Origin: Thermoproteota archaeon
GTDB lineage: Archaea; Korarchaeota; Korarchaeia; Korarchaeales; Korarchaeaceae
Direction of reading: 5' to 3'
Length of the DNA stretch: 64,000 nt
NCBI GenBank assembly: GCA_026986575.1
Contig: JALSOH010000004.1
Span: 128,001-192,000 of the forward strand
Notes under the pieces: model-generated
Databases searched by the model: none
Told to the model about the DNA's origin: nothing
What the model saw: the letters and a program-made list of their open reading frames with translations, nothing else
Program-made: the position numbers and the translations under genes
Shown here: positions 43,210-52,636 of the stretch, piece by piece
How the letters are laid out: each line of letters starts with the position of its first letter
How positions within the stretch are numbered: position 1 is the first letter of the stretch

Positions 43210-43878
43210 TCACCTCCAACCGAACTTACCCCTCAAGGGGACGAAGGCCACATCCGTGACCCTCTTGGTGACCATTCTCCCCTCAACCTTCTCGACTAGG
43301 AGGAGTTCCTGGCCCCAGAGACCCGGGGTCCCAACTGGGATGACCATCTTGCCGCCCTCCTTGAGCATTTCGAAGAGGGGTTTTGGAATGTCGGGCGCAG
43401 CGGCGGTCACTAGTATCCTATCGACCTTCACCCTCAGGGGAACCCCGGCGCCGCCATCCATGTTGAGCACATGGACTCTACAGGAGTACCCTGCGGCCAT
43501 CAGATTGTAACGCGCGAGAGTGGCCAAGTGGGGATTTATCTCGACACTCACCACGACTCCCCAAGTGTGGGGCGGCTCCTCCAATGGGGCCACTATCTCG
43601 GCCACAGTAGCTGCGTGGTATCCGCTGCCCGCCCCCACCTCAAGCACCACCTGGCCCACTTCCAAGTCCAAGAGCTCGTTCATCATGAAGACCATGTGGA
43701 GCGCGCTTATGGTCTGCCCCTCCCCTATAGGGAGGGGCGTGTCGGCGTAGACCACATCCTTATAGCTTTTGGGGACGAACATCTCCCTCTTGACCCTTTC
43801 AGCGGCTCTCCTGACCTTCTCGCTCCTTATAATTCCGAGTCTCACCAGCCTATCCACTAACGATTTATGAGTGTCCAT
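43210..43878 (-). CDS. pcm: protein-L-isoaspartate O-methyltransferase
   Basis: GQTISA.HM, LEVGAGSGY, VTAAA, FVPL; start placed at ATG 43878. Confidence 0.95.
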   Translation of the reverse strand: MDTHKSLVDRLVRLGIIRSEKVRRAAERVKREMFVPKSYKDVVYADTPLPIGEGQTISALHMVFMMNELLDLEVGQVVLEVGAGSGYHAATVAEIVAPLEEPPHTWGVVVSVEINPHLATLARYNLMAAGYSCRVHVLNMDGGAGVPLRVKVDRILVTAAAPDIPKPLFEMLKEGGKMVIPVGTPGLWGQELLLVEKVEGRMVTKRVTDVAFVPLRGKFGWR

Positions 43879-43890
43879 TCGGGGAAACTT

Positions 43891-44301
43891 ATGCTGGAGG
43901 AAATAATAGCTTACGGGCACCCCAACATAACTGCCAAGCACAGGACCACGCTCCAAGTGACCAAGGACGAGGAGATAACCCCGAGGGCAGACTGCATCAT
44001 AGGGGTCAGGGCCGATAAGGCGGTGAGGGACCTCTCGCAGGAGCTTAAGTCCCACCTGATCGAAGGAGGGTCCGTGAGTATCACCATTTCGGTGGGAGGA
44101 ATGGAGTTCCGCCTGGAGGCGGTGGGAGATCCGAGACTCAGGCTCACTCACGCTAGGGATGCGGTCGTGAGGAGATCCGACTTCGTTGATGACAGGACCC
44201 TAGTCATCAGGTCCAGCGCCGCGGCTAGAGATCTGCCTAGGGAGATGGTGAGGGTCATGAGGAGGGCTGACGAGGTAGTGGTCATGGAGATAATCTTCTG
44301 A
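43891..44301 (+). CDS. DUF371 family protein
   Basis: GHPNI.A.H.TTL..TKD..ITPR.DCIIGV, VVRRS.F.D.RT. Confidence 0.9.
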   Translation: MLEEIIAYGHPNITAKHRTTLQVTKDEEITPRADCIIGVRADKAVRDLSQELKSHLIEGGSVSITISVGGMEFRLEAVGDPRLRLTHARDAVVRRSDFVDDRTLVIRSSAAARDLPREMVRVMRRADEVVVMEIIF

Positions 44302-44304
44302 CGA

Positions 44305-45393
44305 TCAGTGAAACCCCTGAGCCACTGGATCCTTAGGTTTGATGATCTCCCTCAGGAAGGAGGTTGCGTAAGTCCCCCTATCGAGGAAGAAGGACAGGAT
44401 TAGGTTATTCTCTCTCCAAAGCGACGCTAGGGACTTGACCCTCGCCAGCGCCGCTCTGAGGTCTCCCAAGGCGCTTATCTCTGGAAGTTCCCTGAACAGG
44501 AACAGGTCCAATGATACGCTCTCCTCACTCAGCAAGTCCCTCAGCGCCTCAGACGCCCATCCCCTCACTCTAGTGTAGGCCCCAGGAATGGGTAGCACCA
44601 ACTCGCCATCTTCGGGGTAGAGGGCCACCTCACCGTTCTCCTTGATGACGAGATCTCCCTCCCTGGGGTTGAGGCCCTCAAGCAACCTCTTTGATAGGAG
44701 CACGTTGAAGAGGTAGGATTGGTAGGAGTGAACGTAGAACCTGAGCAGCTCAACTCCCACCTCGCTAGCCAACTGCCTCAGGCTCCTACCTTGGGTCTCG
44801 TACCCCTGCTCCGCCATCATCGATGTGGCTGACCTGAGGTCCCTGAGGATGAGGGCCCTTCCTATTTCATGATTGAAGGGGGGCCTCACCCCGAACCTCT
44901 GGTAGGAGAAGAAGTTGGGGAACCTGTCGGGTATTGAGGGGGTTAACGCGCCCCCCCGAACAACTACGGTGAAGTGGTTACCGTCGTTCCTCCCCTTAGA
45001 TAGGGGTTCGTGGAGCCGTCCCACTGGCCTGATCCACACGCCATTTCTGACCTCTCTGAGCCTGAATCTCCCCTCCAGCGAGAAGAACTGGAAGGCAATG
45101 GCTCTGGCATCCTTCAGTCCTGCGTACCTGACTCGACCACCCAGTTCCCTGTTGATGAGGGAGGCGAGCTCCCTAGTCCCCATTTTGGTGAATTTGGCGG
45201 CCACCACATAGTGGCAGGGTCCCTCCGACGGGAAGTCCTCCACCCCTAGGAGGACCCGAGATGCCCTCCTTCTCATGAGGACTTCGTCCACTATGAAATC
45301 GCTGAGCCTCTCTTTTATCCTCCCGCCGATTCCATCACCTTCAGTGAGGTAAGTCAGCATCCCCAACCTCTCGTCCAGTTCGGGCACTCTCAC
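44305..45393 (-). CDS. truD: tRNA pseudouridine(13) synthase TruD
   Basis: DF.V.E, AGLKD, GN.F, NFF.YQRFG, G.YAT..LRE. Confidence 0.93.
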   Translation of the reverse strand: MRVPELDERLGMLTYLTEGDGIGGRIKERLSDFIVDEVLMRRRASRVLLGVEDFPSEGPCHYVVAAKFTKMGTRELASLINRELGGRVRYAGLKDARAIAFQFFSLEGRFRLREVRNGVWIRPVGRLHEPLSKGRNDGNHFTVVVRGGALTPSIPDRFPNFFSYQRFGVRPPFNHEIGRALILRDLRSATSMMAEQGYETQGRSLRQLASEVGVELLRFYVHSYQSYLFNVLLSKRLLEGLNPREGDLVIKENGEVALYPEDGELVLPIPGAYTRVRGWASEALRDLLSEESVSLDLFLFRELPEISALGDLRAALARVKSLASLWRENNLILSFFLDRGTYATSFLREIIKPKDPVAQGFH

Positions 45394-45746
45394 CTGTACA
45401 GCCTCAGCCTCCCGGTGACCCTATCGATCCTCTCGCTCTCGTGGGGCCCTATCCCAACGGCCGTGGGGGTTCCGGGTTCCAGCTCGGTCAGGCCAGCATC
45501 CCTTATCAGGACAGCAGGCAGGCCCTTCTCCAGAGCCTCCCGGTAGACATCCATGAGCTCATCCTCGCTCCCCACCTGAACGACCACCTTCTTAGCCCCT
45601 TCATCCCTCCACATCCTGTACACATCCGGCATCCTCTTTCTCACCACTTCCGCTGCCTCAAGTGATGCGTGGGCTACCTGAACCGCAAGTTTGCCGCAGC
45701 TCATTCCCAGATCCTTCCTCACCACTATGACCTGCTTGTACCTCAC
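45390..45746 (-). CDS. pth2: peptidyl-tRNA hydrolase Pth2
   Basis: KQVIVVRKDL.MS.GK..VQVAHA, DAGLTE. Confidence 0.96.
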   Translation of the reverse strand: MRYKQVIVVRKDLGMSCGKLAVQVAHASLEAAEVVRKRMPDVYRMWRDEGAKKVVVQVGSEDELMDVYREALEKGLPAVLIRDAGLTELEPGTPTAVGIGPHESERIDRVTGRLRLYR

Positions 45747-46816
45747 GAGAACACCCTCCCAAGCAATCTCAAGTAGTCGAGGGCCACATGTCTCCACGTC
45801 CTAGATAGGGCCTTATCCCTTCCTCTCTCACCCATCTCCTTCCTGAGATCGTCGTTCAGTAGGAGGAAGGCCACTCTGTCTGCCATCTTCTCGGCATTCC
45901 TCTCCTCGATGTAACCATTCACCCCGTCCTCCACGAGGTCCCTAGCCCCACCCACATCGGTGGTGATCACTGGAGTGCCAGCAGCCATCGCCTCCCTTAT
46001 AACCAATCCGTAGCCTTCGAATCTGGCTGGATGAAGGAGGAGATCAGCTGCTCTATAATATTTGACCGTCTCCTCGAACTTCTTACGGCCTAGGAGGATG
46101 ATACGGTCCCTCACGCCTAGACGAGCGGCTTTCTCCTCTATGATCCTTCTGAGGGGACCTTCCCCAATTAGTAAAAAATTCGCAACGACCTCCTTCTTCA
46201 TCAGGAAGGCTGCTATCTCCGGGACCATGTCGAACCCCTTAGCCTCAATCAGGGCTCCAACCGATAAAACCAGCTTGTTTCCGGGATCCAAACCCAAATC
46301 CTCTCTCACCTCCTCCCTAGGAGGGAGTGCTAGAAAGGGATCTGGATCTATCCCTCCCGGTATGACATCGCTTACCTCTATGCCCGAATCTTCGAGGCGC
46401 TCGGCCAACCAACTACTCACTGAGATCACAGCTTCAGCCCTAGAGGATGCAATTCTAGAGAGGCGGGGCGAGATCCTGAGATCACTGCCGTGAAACGTGA
46501 CTGTATAGGGTACTCCGAGGAAGCTTGCGAGCCAGGCAGCGACACCGGAGGTTATGGCGTATTGGGCTAGGGCTACATCCGGTTCCTCCCTAACTAGTGA
46601 GAACGCCGAATAGGTCATGAACGCGAGCCCCCTCAGACCCCGAATCCTCACATTAGGGGACCTCCTCACCTGCTCCCCCCACCTAGATCTGGCGTAGTAA
46701 TAGGAGACGACGACCACGTTGTGTCCCAAAGAAGCGAGTTCTCCCGCCAAGTACGTGGTGTATATCTGCACGCCGCCCATATCTGGGTGGTAGGGCCCCA
46801 CGAGCGCTATCCTCAT
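45743..46816 (-). CDS. glycosyltransferase family 4
   Basis: GGVQ, TFHGSD, KG.D, EGYGL...EAMA.G.PV. Confidence 0.93.
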   Translation of the reverse strand: MRIALVGPYHPDMGGVQIYTTYLAGELASLGHNVVVVSYYYARSRWGEQVRRSPNVRIRGLRGLAFMTYSAFSLVREEPDVALAQYAITSGVAAWLASFLGVPYTVTFHGSDLRISPRLSRIASSRAEAVISVSSWLAERLEDSGIEVSDVIPGGIDPDPFLALPPREEVREDLGLDPGNKLVLSVGALIEAKGFDMVPEIAAFLMKKEVVANFLLIGEGPLRRIIEEKAARLGVRDRIILLGRKKFEETVKYYRAADLLLHPARFEGYGLVIREAMAAGTPVITTDVGGARDLVEDGVNGYIEERNAEKMADRVAFLLLNDDLRKEMGERGRDKALSRTWRHVALDYLRLLGRVFS

Positions 46817-46892
46817 CTGGAGGAGTTGACAGTTCGACTTGATAAAGACCAAGGTTTAATTCGAGGGAGCGGCGGAATAACTGTGACCTCCC

Positions 46893-47921
46893 ATGGGGGT
46901 CAAGATAGGTGATCTGATAATCAAGAAGGTGGAGCTCAGGCTGAAGGACCTATCTGGAAGGAGGTTGGCCCTCGATGCGTTCAACGCTATGTATCAGTTC
47001 CTCGCCAAGATAAGGCAGCCCGACGGCACGCCCCTAATGACTAGCAGGGGGGAGATAACCAGTGTCCACTCTGGGATCTTCTACAGGACCGCGAACCTGT
47101 TGAAGGAAGGGATAATTCCCGTCTACGTTTTCGATGGGGAGCCACCGGAGTTCAAGGCCGAGACAGTTGAGGAGCGCATAAGGGCTAGGGAGGAGGCTGG
47201 AGAGAGGTGGAAGGAAGCCCTCCAGAAGGGAGATCTGGAGGAGGCTAGGAAGTACGCCCAAGCAGCGTTGATGGTTACGGATGAGATGGTGGAGGATGCC
47301 AAGCAGATACTCCGACTGATGGGCGTTCCAGTCGTGCAAGCGCTAAGTGAGGGTGAAGCCCAAGCTGCCCATATGGCCGCCAAAGGGGATGTCTGGGCAG
47401 CCGCCTCCCAAGATTACGACTCCCTCTTGTTCGGCGCGCCAAAGCTCGTTAGAAATGTTACGATCACAGGCAAGAGGAAGCTCCCCGGGAAGAACATATA
47501 CATTGATGTGCATCCCGAGTTAATAGAGTTAAAGGATGTTTTGAATGCTCACGGGATCACTAGGGAGCAGCTGATACTCATAGGCATCTTAGTGGGGACC
47601 GACTACAACCCCGGTGGTGTCAGGGGGATAGGGGTAAAGAGGGCACTGGAGCTTGTGAAGAGATTCCCGAAGCCCGAGATCCTCTTCTCCAAGGTGAATT
47701 GGGAGTTCGATGTGGATCCCCAAAGCATATTAGAGTTCTTCCTGAATCCACCCACCACCGACGACTACGACATCAACCTGAGGAGACCCGACAGGGAAGG
47801 ATTGCTTAAGTTCATGGTTGAGGAGCACGAATTCTCGGAGGACAGGGTGAGAAAGGTGATAGATGAGGTAGAGGAGGCATACAAGATGTTGGCAGGAGGA
47901 GGATTGGAGGCCTGGTTCTGA
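46893..47921 (+). CDS. fen: flap endonuclease 1
   Basis: [28 protein letters not shown]-terminal PIP-like LEAWF. Confidence 0.97.
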   Translation: MGVKIGDLIIKKVELRLKDLSGRRLALDAFNAMYQFLAKIRQPDGTPLMTSRGEITSVHSGIFYRTANLLKEGIIPVYVFDGEPPEFKAETVEERIRAREEAGERWKEALQKGDLEEARKYAQAALMVTDEMVEDAKQILRLMGVPVVQALSEGEAQAAHMAAKGDVWAAASQDYDSLLFGAPKLVRNVTITGKRKLPGKNIYIDVHPELIELKDVLNAHGITREQLILIGILVGTDYNPGGVRGIGVKRALELVKRFPKPEILFSKVNWEFDVDPQSILEFFLNPPTTDDYDINLRRPDREGLLKFMVEEHEFSEDRVRKVIDEVEEAYKMLAGGGLEAWF

Positions 47922-47926
47922 GCCGC

Positions 47927-48175
47927 TCACTCCTCGTCCGGTGTCAGATATCTCCTCTCACCGGCTATTTCGATGAGCAGCTCTCCCTTCTTACCGCTCG
48001 CTGATGTGACGACTTTGCCCATTACCTCCAGCTTAAGTAGGGCCTCCTCTATCTGTGAGAGCGATACTCCCGGTATTTTGGAGGAGACCAGCTCGTACAG
48101 GTCCCTGTCGTTTATTACCTTCTTGCTCCTGACCACATCGTAGACTACTGTGAGGAGGGGTAGGTTCCGGGACAT
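47927..48175 (-). CDS. small winged-helix hypothetical protein
   Basis: LLKLEVMGKV wHTH pattern; in operon with ef1b. Confidence 0.55.
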   Translation of the reverse strand: MSRNLPLLTVVYDVVRSKKVINDRDLYELVSSKIPGVSLSQIEEALLKLEVMGKVVTSASGKKGELLIEIAGERRYLTPDEE

Positions 48176-48445
48176 TCAGCCCGCCCTGCTCACTCTCTCA
48201 AGTTCAGCGCTGCTCACTCCTTCGATGCCCTGTATGACCTCCATTATCCTGTCGGTTATTCCGTCCTCCTCTGGGGCGGTGAGCACCACGCTGAGGGCCG
48301 TTATCCCAAAGCCGATGGGTTTCTCCTCGTAGCTCTCTAGACTACTCCCGATTGAGGAGAGGGCCTTCCTGAGGTCCTCAACGATCTTGGCCGATTCTAC
48401 GCTCCCATCGAGGAGCACCCTCACTAGAGCCATTATCCTAGCCAT
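48176..48445 (-). CDS. ef1b: translation elongation factor 1-beta
   Basis: EKPIGFGI.AL, IEGV.S.E. Confidence 0.92.
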   Translation of the reverse strand: MARIMALVRVLLDGSVESAKIVEDLRKALSSIGSSLESYEEKPIGFGITALSVVLTAPEEDGITDRIMEVIQGIEGVSSAELERVSRAG

Positions 48446-48455
48446 TCAGACCACC

Positions 48456-48692
48456 TCACGGACCGACGAATCCGCAGTTGGGACAGACATACTCGTTGGC
48501 CTGCTTCCTGCAGACCTTGCACCTTATTATGATAGCCTCTCCGCAGTTAGGGCAGCGGAAGGCCACGAACCCCTGCTCGTAAGTGACCTTCTTACCGCAT
48601 GAGGTGCAGTAAACATCCTCGTCGGGAGGTATTAGGGTGAAGACTAGGCTCTCGCTGGACACTTCATCACACCGGTAAGGGCCCCGCCCCAC
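48456..48692 (-). CDS. HVO_2753/DUF1610-like zinc finger protein
   Basis: CTSCG...F.CPNCG...I.RC..CRK....Y.CPNCGF.GP. Confidence 0.92.
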   Translation of the reverse strand: MGRGPYRCDEVSSESLVFTLIPPDEDVYCTSCGKKVTYEQGFVAFRCPNCGEAIIIRCKVCRKQANEYVCPNCGFVGP

Positions 48693-48710
48693 GGTAATTT
48701 AAAGATGTCC

Positions 48711-49778
48711 CTAACTGGTCTGCGACCTGAACCTCTCAGTTAGGGTCACCAAGTAGGTCTTGCCGTACTTCTTCCTCTCCACGACCTTCCTATCGACTAG
48801 ATCCTTCAATAGTCTGCTTATCTTTGGTTTGGAGAACCCGGTCAGCTCGGGGAGCTCCTCCTGCGACACCTCGCCTCTCTCCATGACGACCTCTATGAGC
48901 TTCCTCTCATCCACGGTGAAGAAATCCATTATGTCGGAGGGACCCGGCTTGGGCCTCAGCCTGTAGATCAGGATCGCTACTGCCAGGCCGGCAAGCAGAC
49001 CCGTGAGGAGGGGGAGGGGTTTGAGGATCTCCCTTATTATGAACGAGGGTGACCATCCGCCTGAGAAGGGTTTGCTACCTCCTATCTCTCCGATGACCTC
49101 CACATTATAACCATGAGATGTGAACTTAGCTGCCTCCTCCCTATCTAGGCTACTACCTATCACCACCAAACTCTTCACATCCTTGAGGTGCTCCTTCAGG
49201 GCCGCTTCAAAGCCCTCGGGAGGCCTGCCGTTCATCGTGTAGATTATCGGGGCGTTCCTCTCCACGGCAACAGAGAGTGCCACCATGTAGTAGGAGGAAT
49301 TGAGCCCGTCAGCCAGCACCACTGAATCGCAGTCGTTCCAGTAGTACATAGCTAGGAGGAGGGATGTGTCGAGCCTAGTCGCCCCCCCTATCCTGCTGAC
49401 GGTCGCCCCCATTCTCCGCAGCTTTTCCTCGAATTCAATAGGGACGGCGTTAGGGGCACCTATTATGAGGATGCTCATGCCCTTACGGAACCTCATGAAC
49501 CCGGAGAGGAGGTTGAGCACCTCTCCCTCGTTGTCTGCCGTTAGATGCATGACCCAAGATCCGTGGGTTATACCGTAGGCCATGGCCACTGCCCAATCGG
49601 TGTATATGTCTCCCCTCACGATTACGGCGTCGAAACGAGCTTGCTGTCCCGAGAGGGGGATCAGGGGTATGATCAGAATGATCAGCAGGAGGATGGCGGG
49701 CCCGCCGGGACTTGAACCCGGGACCTCCGGCTCCGCAGGCCGGCGCTCTGATCCTTGCTGAGCTACGGGCCCGCTCAT
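48711..49778 (-). CDS. cell-wall-binding-repeat-2-like ectodomain + TM + C-terminal wHTH protein
   Basis: IIGAPNAVP, RIGGATRLDTS, one TM, Q.EL...TGFSK.KISR.L..L; first ~28 codons overlap tRNA-Arg. Confidence 0.75.
   Translation of the reverse strand: MSGPVAQQGSERRPAEPEVPGSSPGGPAILLLIILIIPLIPLSGQQARFDAVIVRGDIYTDWAVAMAYGITHGSWVMHLTADNEGEVLNLLSGFMRFRKGMSILIIGAPNAVPIEFEEKLRRMGATVSRIGGATRLDTSLLLAMYYWNDCDSVVLADGLNSSYYMVALSVAVERNAPIIYTMNGRPPEGFEAALKEHLKDVKSLVVIGSSLDREEAAKFTSHGYNVEVIGEIGGSKPFSGGWSPSFIIREILKPLPLLTGLLAGLAVAILIYRLRPKPGPSDIMDFFTVDERKLIEVVMERGEVSQEELPELTGFSKPKISRLLKDLVDRKVVERKKYGKTYLVTLTERFRSQTS
49694..49772 (-). tRNA. tRNA-Arg(GCG)
   Basis: CCGGC-CTGCGGA-GCCGG arm; full cloverleaf with CCA. 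Confidence 0.95.
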
Positions 49779-49828
49779 TTGAAACCCTCCAAGTGAGAGG
49801 AGTTTGTGGATTGAAAAAGGTTAATGGA

Positions 49829-49993
49829 TCACTTCCTCACGAGCTTGGTCTTCTTCAGCCGGAGGTTCTTGCTCCTGCACCTCCTGCATCTAGTAGCGCT
49901 TAGGGGATTCCTAGCGCCGCATTTCCTGCATATCTTGTATCCCAGCAGGGCTTTCATAGCCACACTCCTTTTGAACGGGTCTTCTATCGGCAT
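49829..49993 (-). CDS. rpl40e: 50S ribosomal protein L40e (absent from ORF track)
   Basis: MPIEDP...KICRKCGARNP..ATRCRRCRSKNLRLK. Confidence 0.95.
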   Translation of the reverse strand: MPIEDPFKRSVAMKALLGYKICRKCGARNPLSATRCRRCRSKNLRLKKTKLVRK

Positions 49994-50062
49994 TTCGATC
50001 TCCCAGCTAGGGGCATCGCACGGCTTGATAAAACTTTATGCTTGTGGATCGTGGGATAGATC

Positions 50063-50413
50063 ATGGGCTCGGGATTGAGGGAAAGGGTGCTCAGGGAGCT
50101 TAGTGGGCCGGAGGTTCTCCATCTCAGGGAGCTCTTGAGGAAGCTGGATGTCTCCATCTCCGAACTCAAGCCTGTACTGGAGGAGATGGTGAGAGAAGGA
50201 CTGGTAGAGAAGTTCTCTCATGGAGGATACACTTTCTACAGGATAACTAGTGAGGGTAAGGGGTTCCTGCTTCAGATGGAGGCCGAATCCCAACTCACAA
50301 ATGAGGGGATGGGGATAGAGGCGGAAGTGGATGAGGATTCAGAAAGAAGTACTGAAGAAGGTGAAAGTGAGGATACAGAGGGTGGAGGTCAGGTGGACGA
50401 TTCGATGGCTTAG
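50063..50413 (+). CDS. winged-helix protein with acidic tail
   Basis: L.EMV.EGLV......YRITSEG; E/D-rich C-terminus. Confidence 0.6.
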   Translation: MGSGLRERVLRELSGPEVLHLRELLRKLDVSISELKPVLEEMVREGLVEKFSHGGYTFYRITSEGKGFLLQMEAESQLTNEGMGIEAEVDEDSERSTEEGESEDTEGGGQVDDSMA

Positions 50414-51300
50414 GCTAACCCCCTTTCCTTCATCGCTTTCTCCAGTAAGGAAGCTATTTCGAACGGTGTCTTGGCCACTGGCACCCCGGCTTCCCTGAAT
50501 GCCGCTTCCTTGCTCTTCACGGTACCTTGTCCCCCAGTTATTATTGCTCCCGCGTGTCCCATCCTCTTGCCGGGAGGTGCGGTCCTTCCAGCCACGTACG
50601 CCACCACCGGCTTTGGATAGTTCGTCTCCTTTATGTAACGAGCGGCCCTCTCCTCAGCATCCCCTCCGATTTCTCCTACCAAGACAACTGCCTTCGTTTC
50701 TGGATCCTTCTTAAACATCTCCAGCACCTCTATGAAGTTCAGTCCAGTTATCGGATCCCCGCCTATGCCTATGGTCGTGCTTGATCCGTAGCCGTCCTCC
50801 TTGAGTGAGATAGAGATCTCATAGGTTAGTGTTCCGCTCCTCGATACTATCCCGACCGGCCCGGGAGTGAAGGCATCAGCGGGCATTATCCCTATCTTCA
50901 CCCTGCCTGGCGCGATTATACCGGGGCAGTTGGGTCCTATTATTGTGGCTCCCTTGCTTTTCGCGTAACTCACGAACTTGGCCGTGTCATGGACGGGTAT
51001 GCCCTCGGTTATCACCACCACTAGAGGTATTCCGTTATCGACGGCCTCGACGACCGCATCCAAGGCGAAGGGAGCTGGCACGAATATTATGGAGGCGTCT
51101 ATCGATCCTACCTCCTTAATCGCTTCCTCTACCGTGTCGAAGACCGGAACACCGTGCACCTCCGTCCCCGCCTTTCCTGGAGTAACTCCAGCGACCACGT
51201 TCGTTCCATAATCAAGCATGAGCTTCGTGTGGATTGTTCCCTGCCTTCCAGTAATGCCCTGAACGAGCACCTTCATGCCCTCGCGTACCAGTATCGCCAT
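50410..51300 (-). CDS. sucD: succinate--CoA ligase alpha subunit
   Basis: [26 protein letters not shown]. Confidence 0.96.
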   Translation of the reverse strand: MAILVREGMKVLVQGITGRQGTIHTKLMLDYGTNVVAGVTPGKAGTEVHGVPVFDTVEEAIKEVGSIDASIIFVPAPFALDAVVEAVDNGIPLVVVITEGIPVHDTAKFVSYAKSKGATIIGPNCPGIIAPGRVKIGIMPADAFTPGPVGIVSRSGTLTYEISISLKEDGYGSSTTIGIGGDPITGLNFIEVLEMFKKDPETKAVVLVGEIGGDAEERAARYIKETNYPKPVVAYVAGRTAPPGKRMGHAGAIITGGQGTVKSKEAAFREAGVPVAKTPFEIASLLEKAMKERGLA

Positions 51301-51360
51301 CCGATCACCGGGTCCAATCGGCGGTGTAATGATTAAAATTATCGATGGAAGGATTGCCCT

Positions 51361-52491
51361 ATGAGATTGCTCGAGTACGAGTCAAAGGAGGCGCTTGCTT
51401 CAAAGGGAGTGCCAATCCCCCTGGGTGAAGTCGCCAGAACTCCGGAGGAGGCTGCCGCTATAACCGAGAAGCTGGGTGGTAGGGCTGTTTTGAAGATACA
51501 GATCCCCCACGGGCAGAGGGGAAAGGCCGGAGGGATAAAGGTAGTCAGCTCACCTGAGGAAGCTAGGCAGGTGGCCAGCGAGCTGCTCTCCAAGACGTTC
51601 TACAGCTACAAGCCCGAGTCCTTGCTGGTTGAGGAGCCTATAAAGGTCAAGACCGAGATTTACGTGGGTGCAATTGCCGACAGGAATGCGAGGAGCATGA
51701 CCTTCATCACCACCCCCTATGGGGGAATGGAGGTCGAGGAGATCGCTGCGGAGCATCCCGAGTCCATAGAGAAGAGGTCCGTCCACCCCTTGCTTGGGAT
51801 GGTTCCCTACATTGCCAGGGCTTTGGCCAAGAACGCCTCCATGAACGTGCCTGACAAGCTGAAGGAGATCCAGAAAGTTGTTATGGCCCTATGGGAGGTC
51901 GCCAGGGACTACGATGCCATGATGCTCGAGATAAACCCCCTAGCGGTTACGGAGGACGGCAGGCTACTGGCCCTAGATGCCAGGATAGAGGTGGATGACA
52001 ACGCCCTTTTCAGGCATAAGGAGTTCGAGAAGCGCTACTATGCAGTGGGCAATCCGAGGGAGGCGGAGGCTAAGAAGAAGGGAATAGCCTACGTGGAGCT
52101 TGAGGGTAACGTGGGCACGATGGCCAACGGAGCTGGGCTGGCGATGGCGACGATGGACCTGGTCTACACCTTCGGAGGGAAGCCCGCCAACTTCTGCGAC
52201 GTGGGAGGTGGTGCCTCAGCTGACAGGGTCGCCGAGGCTCTGGAGCTGGTGGTGAGCAATCCCAACGTGAAGGTGGTCCTGATAAACACGCTGTGCGGGA
52301 TAACCAGCTGCGTGGATGTGGCTGAGGGCGTGAGGAAGGTTCACGAGAAGGGCCTCCTCAAAGTGCCCGTGGTGGTCAGGATGTCCGGCAACAGGGCCGA
52401 GGAGGGCAAGAGCATCCTGTCGGAGCTCGGAATAAAGGCGACGGAGAAGGCCGTGGAGGCAGTGAAGCACGCCACCGAGCTGGCCAAGTGA
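51361..52491 (+). CDS. sucC: succinate--CoA ligase beta subunit
   Basis: [32 protein letters not shown]. Confidence 0.95.
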   Translation: MRLLEYESKEALASKGVPIPLGEVARTPEEAAAITEKLGGRAVLKIQIPHGQRGKAGGIKVVSSPEEARQVASELLSKTFYSYKPESLLVEEPIKVKTEIYVGAIADRNARSMTFITTPYGGMEVEEIAAEHPESIEKRSVHPLLGMVPYIARALAKNASMNVPDKLKEIQKVVMALWEVARDYDAMMLEINPLAVTEDGRLLALDARIEVDDNALFRHKEFEKRYYAVGNPREAEAKKKGIAYVELEGNVGTMANGAGLAMATMDLVYTFGGKPANFCDVGGGASADRVAEALELVVSNPNVKVVLINTLCGITSCVDVAEGVRKVHEKGLLKVPVVVRMSGNRAEEGKSILSELGIKATEKAVEAVKHATELAK

Positions 52492-52530
52492 GGGAACTTT
52501 TTTATATCCCTCTAATCCCTATAGGTGGTG

Positions 52531-52604
52531 GGGCCCGTAGCTCAGAATGGTAGAGCGCCCGGCTCTTAACCGGGAGGTCGGGGGTTCGAAGCCCCCCGGG
52601 CCCG
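52531..52604 (+). tRNA. tRNA-Lys(CTT)
   Basis: CCCGG-CTCTTAA-CCGGG arm; TATA box upstream; no encoded CCA. Confidence 0.94.
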
Positions 52605-52636
52605 CTATATCGTCTCAAAATCCTATAATCGGATTG

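Noticed and set aside
43879-44151. N-terminal extension of pcm in the ORF track
   Set aside because: Antisense to the DUF371 gene; PCM similarity starts at 43878.
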